Shown here: in pieces, positions 46,771 through 55,278 of the stretch
Position numbering within the stretch: position 1 is the stretch's first letter
Layout of the letters: each line of letters opens with the position of its first letter
Assembly (NCBI GenBank): GCA_037481835.1
Contig: JBBFKW010000014.1
Coordinates: 64,001 to 128,000 of the forward strand
DNA length: 64,000 nt
Source of the DNA: Desulfosoma sp.
Lineage (GTDB): Bacteria > Desulfobacterota > Syntrophobacteria > Syntrophobacterales > DSM-9756
Reading direction: 5' to 3'
Made by a program: the position numbers and the translations under genes
The notes under the pieces: generated by a model
What the model was told of the DNA's origin: nothing
Databases searched by the model: none
Seen by the model: the letters and a program-made list of their open reading frames with translations, nothing else

Positions 46771-48132
46771 ATGCGCGGGCATGCCCCTAAGCTCCTGCTG
46801 TTTCTGGCGGCCTTGTGTCCTGGGGTTTTGACGGCGGCGTGGGCCTCAAGCGCCCTCCCGGCCCTGGGAGGCTCCGGTGTTGCGGGTGCGGCCGCGGCCG
46901 TGAGCTCCCTCTTCGCTCAGAACGCCTTGGTGTTTTTGGGGATCCTGGTGCTGCTCGGGAGCCGGGCCGGGCCGGTGGAGCGCTACGTGGGGCTGGACCG
47001 CATGATTCGGGCTCACAGGCCCCTGGCGGTTGTCACCCTGTGCCTGCTTGTGGTCCATGTGGGGCTGCAGGCGGTGCGGTTTTACAGCCTGGGCGGATTC
47101 CCGATGGCGGCTTCGGCGCTGCTCACGGCGGAGCTTTGGGAAATGACCGCGGGCCGCCTGGCCCTGCTGCTGCTTTTTCTGGCGGCCGGGGCGGCCGTTT
47201 TGGGAAGGTCCCTTCGAGTTCCGTTCCGCCTGTGGAAGCCGGTGCATCTCATGGCCTACGCGGCCGTCCCCTTGGCTTTGGCCCATGCCCTGTTCCGGGG
47301 GACGACCATGGCCGAGATCCCGCGGGTTCTCGTCTGGGGGATCATCGCAGGGGCGTTTGCAGGGGCTTGCCTGAGTCGGCTCGCCTCGGTGCTTCGGGGG
47401 CGGGACCGCGTGGTGTGCCGCGTGGAGCGGATCCTGCCCGAGACCCATGATACGGTCTCGGTGTTCCTGCGGCCGCTCAGGGGCCCGGGGCGATTGGCGG
47501 AGCGTCGGCCGGGACAGTTTGCGCTCCTGCGCCTCCCGGCAGGTCGGGGGTTCGGCGAACCCCACCCTTTTACCCTTTCGTGCTCCCCCCGGGATGAGCT
47601 GCTCCGGTTCACCATCAAGCGGATCGGTGCGTTCACCTCGAAAATCCACGGTCTTTCGCCCGGGGATCGGGTGCTGTGCGAAGGGCCCTACGGCGTATTC
47701 TGCACCGATGCAGACAATCGGTCTTCTCTGGCCTTGATCGCCGGAGGGGTCGGCATCACGCCCTTCTTGAGCCTGCTCAGGCACTTCAGGGACACGGGGC
47801 GGGCCGTCCCAGCCGTGTTGCTCTATGCCAACAAGACCTTCGGGGATATCATCGGCCGGGAAGAGCTGGCGGCCATGACCCGCACCATGCCCCTTCGAGT
47901 GGTCCACATTTTGAGCCGGGAAGGATTCGCCGACGACCATCCCGGAGACGGCCCCGGGGTGAGCTTCGAGCGAGGCCATATCACGGCTGAGACGCTGCGC
48001 CGGCATCTTCGGTCCGACCACGCTTTCTACCTGTGCGGTCCCCCGGCCATGCAGGCCGCCGTCCTGAAAGAGGTCCGGGCCGTTTTCGGCCTGAAGGCGG
48101 CACGGGTCTCGCGGGAGCGCTTCTTCTGGTAA
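46771..48132 (+). CDS. Ferric reductase-like membrane domain plus FAD/NAD-binding oxidoreductase
   Basis: TM His pairs, PHPFTLS, EGPYG, IAGGVGITPF, YLCGPPAM, ERF. Confidence 0.88.
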   Translation: MRGHAPKLLLFLAALCPGVLTAAWASSALPALGGSGVAGAAAAVSSLFAQNALVFLGILVLLGSRAGPVERYVGLDRMIRAHRPLAVVTLCLLVVHVGLQAVRFYSLGGFPMAASALLTAELWEMTAGRLALLLLFLAAGAAVLGRSLRVPFRLWKPVHLMAYAAVPLALAHALFRGTTMAEIPRVLVWGIIAGAFAGACLSRLASVLRGRDRVVCRVERILPETHDTVSVFLRPLRGPGRLAERRPGQFALLRLPAGRGFGEPHPFTLSCSPRDELLRFTIKRIGAFTSKIHGLSPGDRVLCEGPYGVFCTDADNRSSLALIAGGVGITPFLSLLRHFRDTGRAVPAVLLYANKTFGDIIGREELAAMTRTMPLRVVHILSREGFADDHPGDGPGVSFERGHITAETLRRHLRSDHAFYLCGPPAMQAAVLKEVRAVFGLKAARVSRERFFW

Positions 48133-48250
48133 AAGAGAAGGCGGTCGCAGGCTTGGTCAGGCAGGCCGCCCCGATCAAACAGGGAACCTGCCCCACCTTC
48201 GGCCGTTCTTCAAGTCGTTGAAAGACAACGCCACGCCCAACGGAGCCCGG

Positions 48251-49225
48251 ATGAAAAAAACACGCAACGCAAAAGACCAAACAATCTTGCTGATCCGAAA
48301 AGCGGTGCTGGCCCCATCCAGCCACAATACTCAGCCGTGGCTCTTTCGCGTCTCCAACACCGTTCTTGATCTCCGTGCAGACCGAACACGCGCTCTCCCG
48401 GTCAACGATCCGGATGACCGGGAACTTACCATCAGCTGTGGCTGCGCGCTCATGAACCTGCGTATCGCCGCTGCAGGTTCCGGCTATTGCGCACAGGTCG
48501 AAGCCTTGCCGGACGCCAAGGATCGGGACTTCCTGGCGCGGGTGATGATCGCGCCCGGATCGGGTTCGCCGCGCCGTGAAGGTTTGCTGCTGGAATTTTT
48601 CGAAAAGCGGCGCACCTATCGCAAACCCTTTGACTCTCGCAATGTGGATTCCGCAACGGTCGAACATGTGGTCGAAGCCGCTCACGCCGAGGGCGCTTGG
48701 CTGCGCCCCCTTGAAACCGAAGAGGAAAAGCAGCAGGCCGCCCGTCTCGCGGCCGAAGGCGACGCCCTGCAGTGGGCCGATTCGCCCTGGCGGCGCGAGC
48801 TTGCCGCTTGGATGCGTCCTCGACGCCGCGGGGACGGCTTGACGGTCCCGGCCTTGATCGCGCCGGTATGGCAATTCGTCGTCCGCACAATCGACATGGG
48901 GGGCTTCGTGGGGGCCAAGGATCGGCATGTGGCGGAATCATCGCCACTTGTGGCGGTGCTTGGGACCGACGGGGACGGTCCGCGCCATTGGTTGGCGGCC
49001 GGACAGGCTCTCCAGCGCGTTCTGCTTGTCGCCTGCCGGCACGGCCTGCAGGCGTCGTATCTCAATCAGCCGATCCAGGCGGCCGCGCTCCGACCCAAGC
49101 TCCAAGAGCTCATCGGTAGGGGATTTCCGCAGGTCATGCTGCGGTTCGGTTACCCTGTTGACGAGATCCCGCCGAGTCCACGGCGCCCTGTCAAAGACGT
49201 CATCCAATGGGCATCAGCATGCTGA
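48251..49225 (+). CDS. Acg-family FMN-binding nitroreductase
   Basis: APSSHNTQPW.F, DP..REL.ISCG.AL.NL, RRT.R, WL.AGQALQRVLL. Confidence 0.88.
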   Translation: MKKTRNAKDQTILLIRKAVLAPSSHNTQPWLFRVSNTVLDLRADRTRALPVNDPDDRELTISCGCALMNLRIAAAGSGYCAQVEALPDAKDRDFLARVMIAPGSGSPRREGLLLEFFEKRRTYRKPFDSRNVDSATVEHVVEAAHAEGAWLRPLETEEEKQQAARLAAEGDALQWADSPWRRELAAWMRPRRRGDGLTVPALIAPVWQFVVRTIDMGGFVGAKDRHVAESSPLVAVLGTDGDGPRHWLAAGQALQRVLLVACRHGLQASYLNQPIQAAALRPKLQELIGRGFPQVMLRFGYPVDEIPPSPRRPVKDVIQWASAC

Positions 49226-50073
49226 AGATGGGGATCATCATAGGACTGGTGCTCGCGGCAGCAACAGCGGCCGCCCTTGTGTACGGGGCCATAAGCTGGG
49301 CCAAGGGCACGCGGCAACTGCGGGCGCGCATGGAGAGCGCCCGCATGCCGACCACAGGAAAGGTTGTCCATTTTCGTGAACTTGAGGGGTTGCCCGAACC
49401 GGTGCAGCAATACTTTCGCACGGTGCTCAAAGAAGGCCGGCCTGTGGTGACCGGGGTGCGGGTGCGGCACCGAGGCACCTTCAATATGGGAGAAACGACC
49501 GAGAAGTGGCGGCCTTTTACGTCGGATCAGCGCGTGATGACGCGACCCCCGGGCTTCGATTGGGATGGTCGAGTCCAAATGATGCCCGGCCTGACCGTTC
49601 GTGTGCACGATGCCTACGTTGCGGGCCAAGGCATCCTGTATGCCGAAGTGCTGGGCCTGATTCGCGTGGTCGACCAGCGCGGGACGGCGGGTGTGGCCGA
49701 GGGTGAACTCATGCGTTTCTTGGCCGAAGCCGCATGGTATCCGACGGCTCTGCTGCCCGGCCAGGGCGTGCGATGGGAGGCGCTCGATAGGCGGTCGGCG
49801 CGGGCCACGCTCACCGACGGTGCGACCACCGTCACCATGTCGTTTCGGTTCAACGACTCCGGCGTTATCGATACAGTGACGGCCGAGGCACGGGGTCGCA
49901 CCGTGGGCACAAAGGTGATCCCCACGCCGTGGCAGGGACGTTTCTGGAATTACCAGGAGCGCGGCGGGATGCTGGTCCCGCTCGAGGGAGAGGTGGCCTG
50001 GCTGCTTCCCGAAGGGGCAAAGCCGTACTGGCGCGGTCGCATCACCGAAATGGAATATGAGTTCGCCACGTGA
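49219..50073 (+). CDS. Conserved hypothetical membrane-anchored protein (DUF6920/DUF6544-like)
   Basis: N-terminal TM, LPEPVQ.YFR, PGFDW, GEL.RFLAE..WYPTALLP; start uncertain (49207, 49219 or 49228). Confidence 0.75.
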   Translation: MLKMGIIIGLVLAAATAAALVYGAISWAKGTRQLRARMESARMPTTGKVVHFRELEGLPEPVQQYFRTVLKEGRPVVTGVRVRHRGTFNMGETTEKWRPFTSDQRVMTRPPGFDWDGRVQMMPGLTVRVHDAYVAGQGILYAEVLGLIRVVDQRGTAGVAEGELMRFLAEAAWYPTALLPGQGVRWEALDRRSARATLTDGATTVTMSFRFNDSGVIDTVTAEARGRTVGTKVIPTPWQGRFWNYQERGGMLVPLEGEVAWLLPEGAKPYWRGRITEMEYEFAT

Positions 50074-50338
50074 GCGACCGATGCTCACCCCCCATGAATC
50101 CGTGACGGCCGAAAAACCCAACCCCTGCGAACCGCCGTGAACCCCCTTTTTTGACTCCGGCGGCAGCCCATTTTCAGCACGATGGGACCGCTGGAACCGC
50201 AAAACCCGGATAAGAGCCGATGGAGCAAGACATACTGCCCTTTTCGGGAGAACTCACCCTTTGAGGCACTCTGGAGTGTTCGGGCGTATCGGGCCGCCCT
50301 GCCGGGTTGTAGGGCGGGCATATCCTCAGAGCCGGCTG

Positions 50339-50571
50339 TCACAATTTCAGCGGCACTTCTGCGAATTCTTCCGGTGTGATTTCAATCTCGCGAAGGGTTT
50401 CCCTGATCAATGGACGGGCAAGGTCCCTTGCCGGGTGATTCGAAATGGTGGTCGTCCTCCCATCAGGATGGCGAAAAAAACATGACCTCCCTTTTGCCGG
50501 CTCGCCTGAAAACCTGGACGCAACAGCACTTTCTCCATCGCCTTACAGTCTATGATGGGAAGCGGAGTCAT
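50339..50571 (-). pseudogene. hicA: HicA-family toxin, frameshifted
   Basis: MTPLPIIDCKAMEKVLLRPGFQASRQKGGHVF / shift in a T7 run / RHPDGRTTTISNHPARDLARPLIRETLREIEITPEEF; 233 bp, one base short of frame. Confidence 0.8.
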
Positions 50572-50690
50572 ACGGCGACTTCAATCTGTTGCAATCCCAC
50601 AAACCGGGGCAAATCTTCCATTGACCCCTGGTATTCCTCCAGGCACAACTCCAACACTTCTTTAAGGTTTCTCTGAAGCTCATCTAACTC
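50568..50690 (-). pseudogene. hicB: HicB-family antitoxin, 5'-truncated remnant
   Basis: ELDELQRNLKEVLELCLEE...FVGLQQIEVAV*; ATGA overlap with hicA; in-frame TGA directly upstream and no start codon. Confidence 0.72.
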
Positions 50691-50750
50691 TCACCGAGTC
50701 TTCTGCGTCACGTCGTGCACGTTCCTGGTTACCTAATCGGGTGATTCTAG

Positions 50751-50868
50751 GAGCTTGTCCGAGAATGGCATATTCCTGGGAGCGCGGGCGTCTCGCCCGC
50801 TTCTCGTGCGGGCCGGAGGCCCGCGCTCCCAGGAGAAGAGGCCTTCGGGTTCGTTCTCAGACAGCCTC
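50751..50868. mobile_element. 118-bp MITE, copy 3 (inverted relative to copy 2)
   Basis: CTAG|GAGCTTGTCCGAGAA...TTCTCAGACAGCCTC|CTAC. Confidence 0.88.
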
Positions 50869-50921
50869 CTACGTGCGCTGTTGTTGGGCGTGGGCTTCGC
50901 TGATCCTGCGCCCCGCCGGGG

Positions 50922-51331
50922 CTTTTTGGGGAAAAGGGGGCGTCCGGCGACCCGGGGCGATGCCCCGGGCTCTATTGCTGTGCCCCTTAGGGGCAGGATG
51001 CGGGATGGCGCCCCGTCATCGCGGAGCCCAAAGGGGCCGCCCGTCCCAACCCGTAGCCCCGAAGGTCGCGATCCCCCAACGGTCCCTCGCCCCGCAGGGT
51101 CGAAGCACCCCAAGGGGATATCGCTCCGGAGGGGGAGGCATTCGAGCTCAGGGCCAAGCCCTGGGTTCCCGGGCGACCCCCGTGACCCAGCCCCGGAAGT
51201 GCGCAAGATCTCGTCCCGGGGCATCGCCCCGGCCACCAAACGCCGGGGTGGTCGTTGACCCCCATCACGGAAGGGCCGCGACAACGAAGCATGAAAGTCT
51301 AGTTCTTACAATATGTTAGAGAGACTTTCAT
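50922..51331. repeat. Composite palindromic repeat region related to 19303-19451
   Basis: 62-bp block shared with 19303; CCGGGGCGATGCCCCGGG near 50952 and its inverse near 51215; 78-bp-family unit at 51257-51331. Confidence 0.8.
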
Positions 51332-51601
51332 GGAAATATACGTCCTTTCCGACGAGGGGCCAAAGGCGGCCCTCACGGGCGCTCGACATCATGTGGAACG
51401 ATCCCATTGAGGTCAGGGTGTGGTTTTCGGTAAACCGAGCTCTGCACCTACGAAAAGCTCTCGATTTGTTAGAGCTCTTCCTGCTATGGTGGACACCCGT
51501 TCGGAACAGTCCATGTGCACTTCAGACCGAAAACTTGAGCGATTTGCACAAGGGATGCCTGCTCCACTCGAATCTGTGACGGGTCTTTTTGATCGACGCT
51601 C

Positions 51602-52234
51602 ATGGCTGATTATTACATCCGCTGCGCGGACGAATACCATCGACAGACCTTTTTCCTGGACCCGAGCTCTTTCCTTCTTCCGCTTGCGGAAAAACTGCCT
51701 CCGGGGGCTCTCATCCTCGATGTGGGCTGCGGCTCCGGCCGCGACCTCTTGTGGTTTAAGAACAGGGGATTTCGCGTCCTGGGGTTTGAACTCTCCTATC
51801 CTCTGGCGTCCTTGGCCCGACGGATCGTCGGGTGCGAGATTATCGTCGGAGATTTCGAACGGTTCGATTTCTCCCCTGTCCACGCCGATGGGCTGTTGCT
51901 TGTCGGCGCCTTGGTCCATATTCCCCACGGCGCCCTCGCGCGGGTCCTCGGGAACATCCTGCCTGCCATCAAACCCCAAGGGTTTGCGCTGCTCAGCATG
52001 AAGGAAGGGTGCGGTTTCTCCCAAGATTCATACGGGAACACATTCTATTATTGGACGGACGAAAAACTTCGGAAGCTTTTCGAAACACTCGCGCTTGAAC
52101 CGCTGCACATGCAAAGACAAGTGTCTCTGAAGAACCGACAGGACGTCTGGCTGAGTTACGTCCTCAAAAAAAGACAAGTCCACGGGAGGGCCCTCGTTGA
52201 CGCGCACGGTCTACAGGAAGCTGGTTCGCGATAA
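51602..52234 (+). CDS. Class I SAM-dependent methyltransferase
   Basis: ILDVGCGSGRD, LVHIP, LSMKEG; overlaps the next gene by 38 nt. Confidence 0.85.
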   Translation: MADYYIRCADEYHRQTFFLDPSSFLLPLAEKLPPGALILDVGCGSGRDLLWFKNRGFRVLGFELSYPLASLARRIVGCEIIVGDFERFDFSPVHADGLLLVGALVHIPHGALARVLGNILPAIKPQGFALLSMKEGCGFSQDSYGNTFYYWTDEKLRKLFETLALEPLHMQRQVSLKNRQDVWLSYVLKKRQVHGRALVDAHGLQEAGSR

Positions 52235-55097
52235 TATCCCGGATCTTATCCGCCGGGAGGGGAAAACCCCCTGCGTCGTGACCTTGAGCGATGAGGCGTT
52301 CAAAGACGCCCTGGCCCTGAAGCTCCTTGAGGAGGCGCATGAATTCTTTCGATCGTGGCGCGCGGGAAACCCGAGGGAAGTTTTGAAAGAGTCCGCCGAT
52401 CTCTTGGAAGTCATCCTGGCGGCGCTGGAAGCACAGGGCCTGCGATGGGAGGACCTGCTCCGGGAGCGTGAAGAAAGGCGAGCCCAGCGCGGGGCCTTTC
52501 TGAAGAGGCTCTTTCTCCAGTGGGTCGGTGAAGATCCCTCAAACGGCGACGTCTTTGAGGACGTTCCGGACTTGATCATCGGGCCCCTTGAAAGCGATCG
52601 GTTGGTGAGGCTCATTAAATCCGAAATCGCTCGGAGCAAAGCCGTCTCCATCGCGTCCGCCTTCTTTTCCCCGGCCGTAATGAACCTGATGCTTCGCGAT
52701 TTCACGGAGTTTCTCGACCGGGGGCACGATCTGCGGATCATTGTCTCCACCATGGGAAACATGATCCCGCCGGAGCACCTTGTGCACCTCAAAAACAATA
52801 TCCCGAAAATAAGATTGCGCATCTACCATCCTGCGGACATCCCGTACGACCAGAATCCTCCCAATTTTCACGTCAAGGTCTACCTTTTCCATCGCCTCGA
52901 TGGAACCGGCGCTTTCCTCATAGGATCGTCCAATTTCACCCAGGCGGGTCTTTGCACCAATGTGGAATGGAATTACTTCTCAGCCCACGAAATCAACCTT
53001 CCCTTCGCGGAAAAGTCCGCCTTTTCCAAGGCGCTCCAGACCTTCGACCAATACTGGGAAAAGTATGCCGTCGAGCCGAGTGAGGAATTTCTCCAAGCCT
53101 ATCGGAGGCGTTTTCAGGAAAGCCGCCGGGCGATGGCCGGTGCGGACGAAGGGGTGCCGGGTCTGGTCGATGTCTTTTTTACCAAACAAAAGGCTTTTAG
53201 GACGGAGAGAATCCCAAGAATCCAGGCTAACGAAGCCCAACAAGAGGCCCTTCGGCGGCTGGACCGCCTTCGACGTCACGGCGTTTCCAAGGCCGCCGTG
53301 ATCGCCGCCACTGGTGTGGGCAAGACGTACCTCGCCGCCATGGACTTCAAGCAGTCCGGCGCCAAGAGGCTCCTTTTCGTCGCCCACCGTGAAAACATCC
53401 TCGATGCAGCCCTCCGCAGTTTCAGACGGGTGCTCGGCGATGAAAAGTTCGGGGTGCTCTACGGAGGCGGCAATCATGCCCATGACACCGGGGATTCCCT
53501 CTTCGCCATGATCCAAACCTTGAGCCGAGAAGACCATCTCGGGAAGTTCCCTCGGGAAGCTTTCGACTATATGGTGGTGGACGAATTTCACCACGCCATG
53601 GCGCCGAGCTACCTAAGGGTCGTGGAATACTTTCGCCCCAAGTTTCTCCTGGGGCTGACGGCGACCCCGGAACGCATGGATGGGAGGGATGTCCTCGCCC
53701 TGTGCGAGGGCCACGTCGCCTACGAACTGCGCCTTCTCGAAGCCATCGACAGAGGCCTTCTTTGCCCGTTCCATTACTTCGCCATTTACGATCCCGTGGA
53801 TTACGAACAGATCACGTGGCGAGGAACGCACTACGATCCGGACGAACTGACCGAGGCTTTGAAAAACGACACGCGGACGGCGATCCTCGCCCGGAACCTG
53901 AAACGCTATCTGCCGTCGTTTGGAAAGGTCAAAGCCCTGGCCTTTTGCAGCTCGGTGGCGCACGCTCGATACACGGCCCACATGTTGAACACCGAACACG
54001 GCATCGGCGCCGCGACCCTGACGGGCGAGAGCCCAGAAGAGGAGAGAAGCGAAGCGATTCGGAGACTGCGAGATGAGTCGGATCCACTGCAGGTGCTGTG
54101 TGTCGTGGACATCTTCAACGAAGGCGTGGACATCCCCGAGCTGACCCACGTGCTCTTTCTGCGGCCCACGCTGTCGTTCACGGTCTTCCTGCAGCAATTG
54201 GGTCGAGGGCTGCGGCGCGTGGATCGCAAGGAATTCGTGGTGGTCATCGACTTTGTCGGCAATTTTCGACGGGCCCACGTCGCTCCCCTGGCGCTTCAAG
54301 GGTTCGCTTCGGAAGAGGAATTCGCGGAAGCGGTTCGAAATGGTGTGCCCCCGGTGGCTCGCCTCCCCAAGGGGTGTTTTCTCGATATCGACACTCCCGT
54401 GCGTCGTCTCTGGGATGAAGAGATCCGAAAAATCCTGCGCGGTCAGCTGGGTGCATCCGAACGGCTCAAACTGCTCTATCTGGAAATCAAGGAGGATTTG
54501 GGCGGGAAGTCCCCCTCCCTGGTGGATCTCGTCGCCAATTCCAGGGGTGTGGACCCTCAGCGGTTCATCCACCACTTTAACGGCTGGCTTCGAACGAAGC
54601 TCTACTGTGAGGAGGATCTATCGGCTTTCGAAAAGTCCCTGTTGGATACTCCCGGGGAAGCGTTTCTCCTCCATCTGGAAAAAGATTTGCATCCCACCAA
54701 ATCCTATAAGATGGTTGTGCTGAAAAGCCTCTTGAAAATGCCGGGGACGCGGTGGGCGGTGGAGGATATCGCGCGGAGATTCCTGGATTATTACGTGAGG
54801 AATCCCGATAAGGCCGCCGATTACGAAGAACTTGCCCGGCACGGGAATCCTGGGGAATTCCCGCTGAAGAAAGTCGTTTCCAAGCTCAAGTCCATGCCCT
54901 TGCATTATCTGAGCAATACGGAAAAGGATTTCTTCATTTTCGACAAGACTCAAGGGAAGTTTGAGCTCAAAGCCCACGTGATTCCCTATTGGAAGGACCA
55001 GAGATTCCGCCAAATGGTGGAAGAAAGAGTCGAATACGGGCTCATCCGTTACTTTCAGCGGCTGAGGGACGAATCCGAGAACGCGCCGAGCCCGTGA
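52197..55097 (+). CDS. Fusion: MazG-like NTP pyrophosphohydrolase + PLD nuclease + SF2 (DEAD/DEAH) helicase + C-terminal domain
   Basis: KLVRDNIP...KLLEEAHEF...ESADLLEV; FHVKVYLF...GSSNFT; ATGVGKT, DEFHH, GLTATPER, FNEGVDIP, QQLGRGLR; TKSYKMVVL; TTG start with GGGAGG. Confidence 0.9.
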   Translation: MTRTVYRKLVRDNIPDLIRREGKTPCVVTLSDEAFKDALALKLLEEAHEFFRSWRAGNPREVLKESADLLEVILAALEAQGLRWEDLLREREERRAQRGAFLKRLFLQWVGEDPSNGDVFEDVPDLIIGPLESDRLVRLIKSEIARSKAVSIASAFFSPAVMNLMLRDFTEFLDRGHDLRIIVSTMGNMIPPEHLVHLKNNIPKIRLRIYHPADIPYDQNPPNFHVKVYLFHRLDGTGAFLIGSSNFTQAGLCTNVEWNYFSAHEINLPFAEKSAFSKALQTFDQYWEKYAVEPSEEFLQAYRRRFQESRRAMAGADEGVPGLVDVFFTKQKAFRTERIPRIQANEAQQEALRRLDRLRRHGVSKAAVIAATGVGKTYLAAMDFKQSGAKRLLFVAHRENILDAALRSFRRVLGDEKFGVLYGGGNHAHDTGDSLFAMIQTLSREDHLGKFPREAFDYMVVDEFHHAMAPSYLRVVEYFRPKFLLGLTATPERMDGRDVLALCEGHVAYELRLLEAIDRGLLCPFHYFAIYDPVDYEQITWRGTHYDPDELTEALKNDTRTAILARNLKRYLPSFGKVKALAFCSSVAHARYTAHMLNTEHGIGAATLTGESPEEERSEAIRRLRDESDPLQVLCVVDIFNEGVDIPELTHVLFLRPTLSFTVFLQQLGRGLRRVDRKEFVVVIDFVGNFRRAHVAPLALQGFASEEEFAEAVRNGVPPVARLPKGCFLDIDTPVRRLWDEEIRKILRGQLGASERLKLLYLEIKEDLGGKSPSLVDLVANSRGVDPQRFIHHFNGWLRTKLYCEEDLSAFEKSLLDTPGEAFLLHLEKDLHPTKSYKMVVLKSLLKMPGTRWAVEDIARRFLDYYVRNPDKAADYEELARHGNPGEFPLKKVVSKLKSMPLHYLSNTEKDFFIFDKTQGKFELKAHVIPYWKDQRFRQMVEERVEYGLIRYFQRLRDESENAPSP

Positions 55098-55166
55098 CGG
55101 CCGCCGCGCGGCGGGTTCTCATGGGATGATGTGAGTCGGCCGATGGCGTGAATGCACAAAACGCGT

Positions 55167-55195
55167 TTGACGGTGTTTCCCCTTTCACGTAAAGT
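55167..55195 (+). promoter_or_regulatory. Candidate sigma70 promoter
   Basis: TTGACG-N17-TAAAGT upstream of the acyl-CoA synthetase. Confidence 0.45.
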
Positions 55196-55278
55196 CCGTG
55201 GTGCGCGGATTGTTCATGTTCTCTGGAAATATCCATGTCGGCTTCTCAATCCCCCCCCACACACCGAGGAGGATGCTC

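Noticed and set aside
50733..51319. ORFs of 167-192 aa spanning the MITE and palindromes
   Set aside because: Their translations reappear at the other MITE copies (e.g. SENGIFLGARASRPLL), showing they are translated repeats.
51602..52234. DNA methyltransferase of a classical restriction-modification system
   Set aside because: No DPPY/NPPY or PCQ catalytic motif, and it is only 210 aa; it resembles small-molecule class I methyltransferases.
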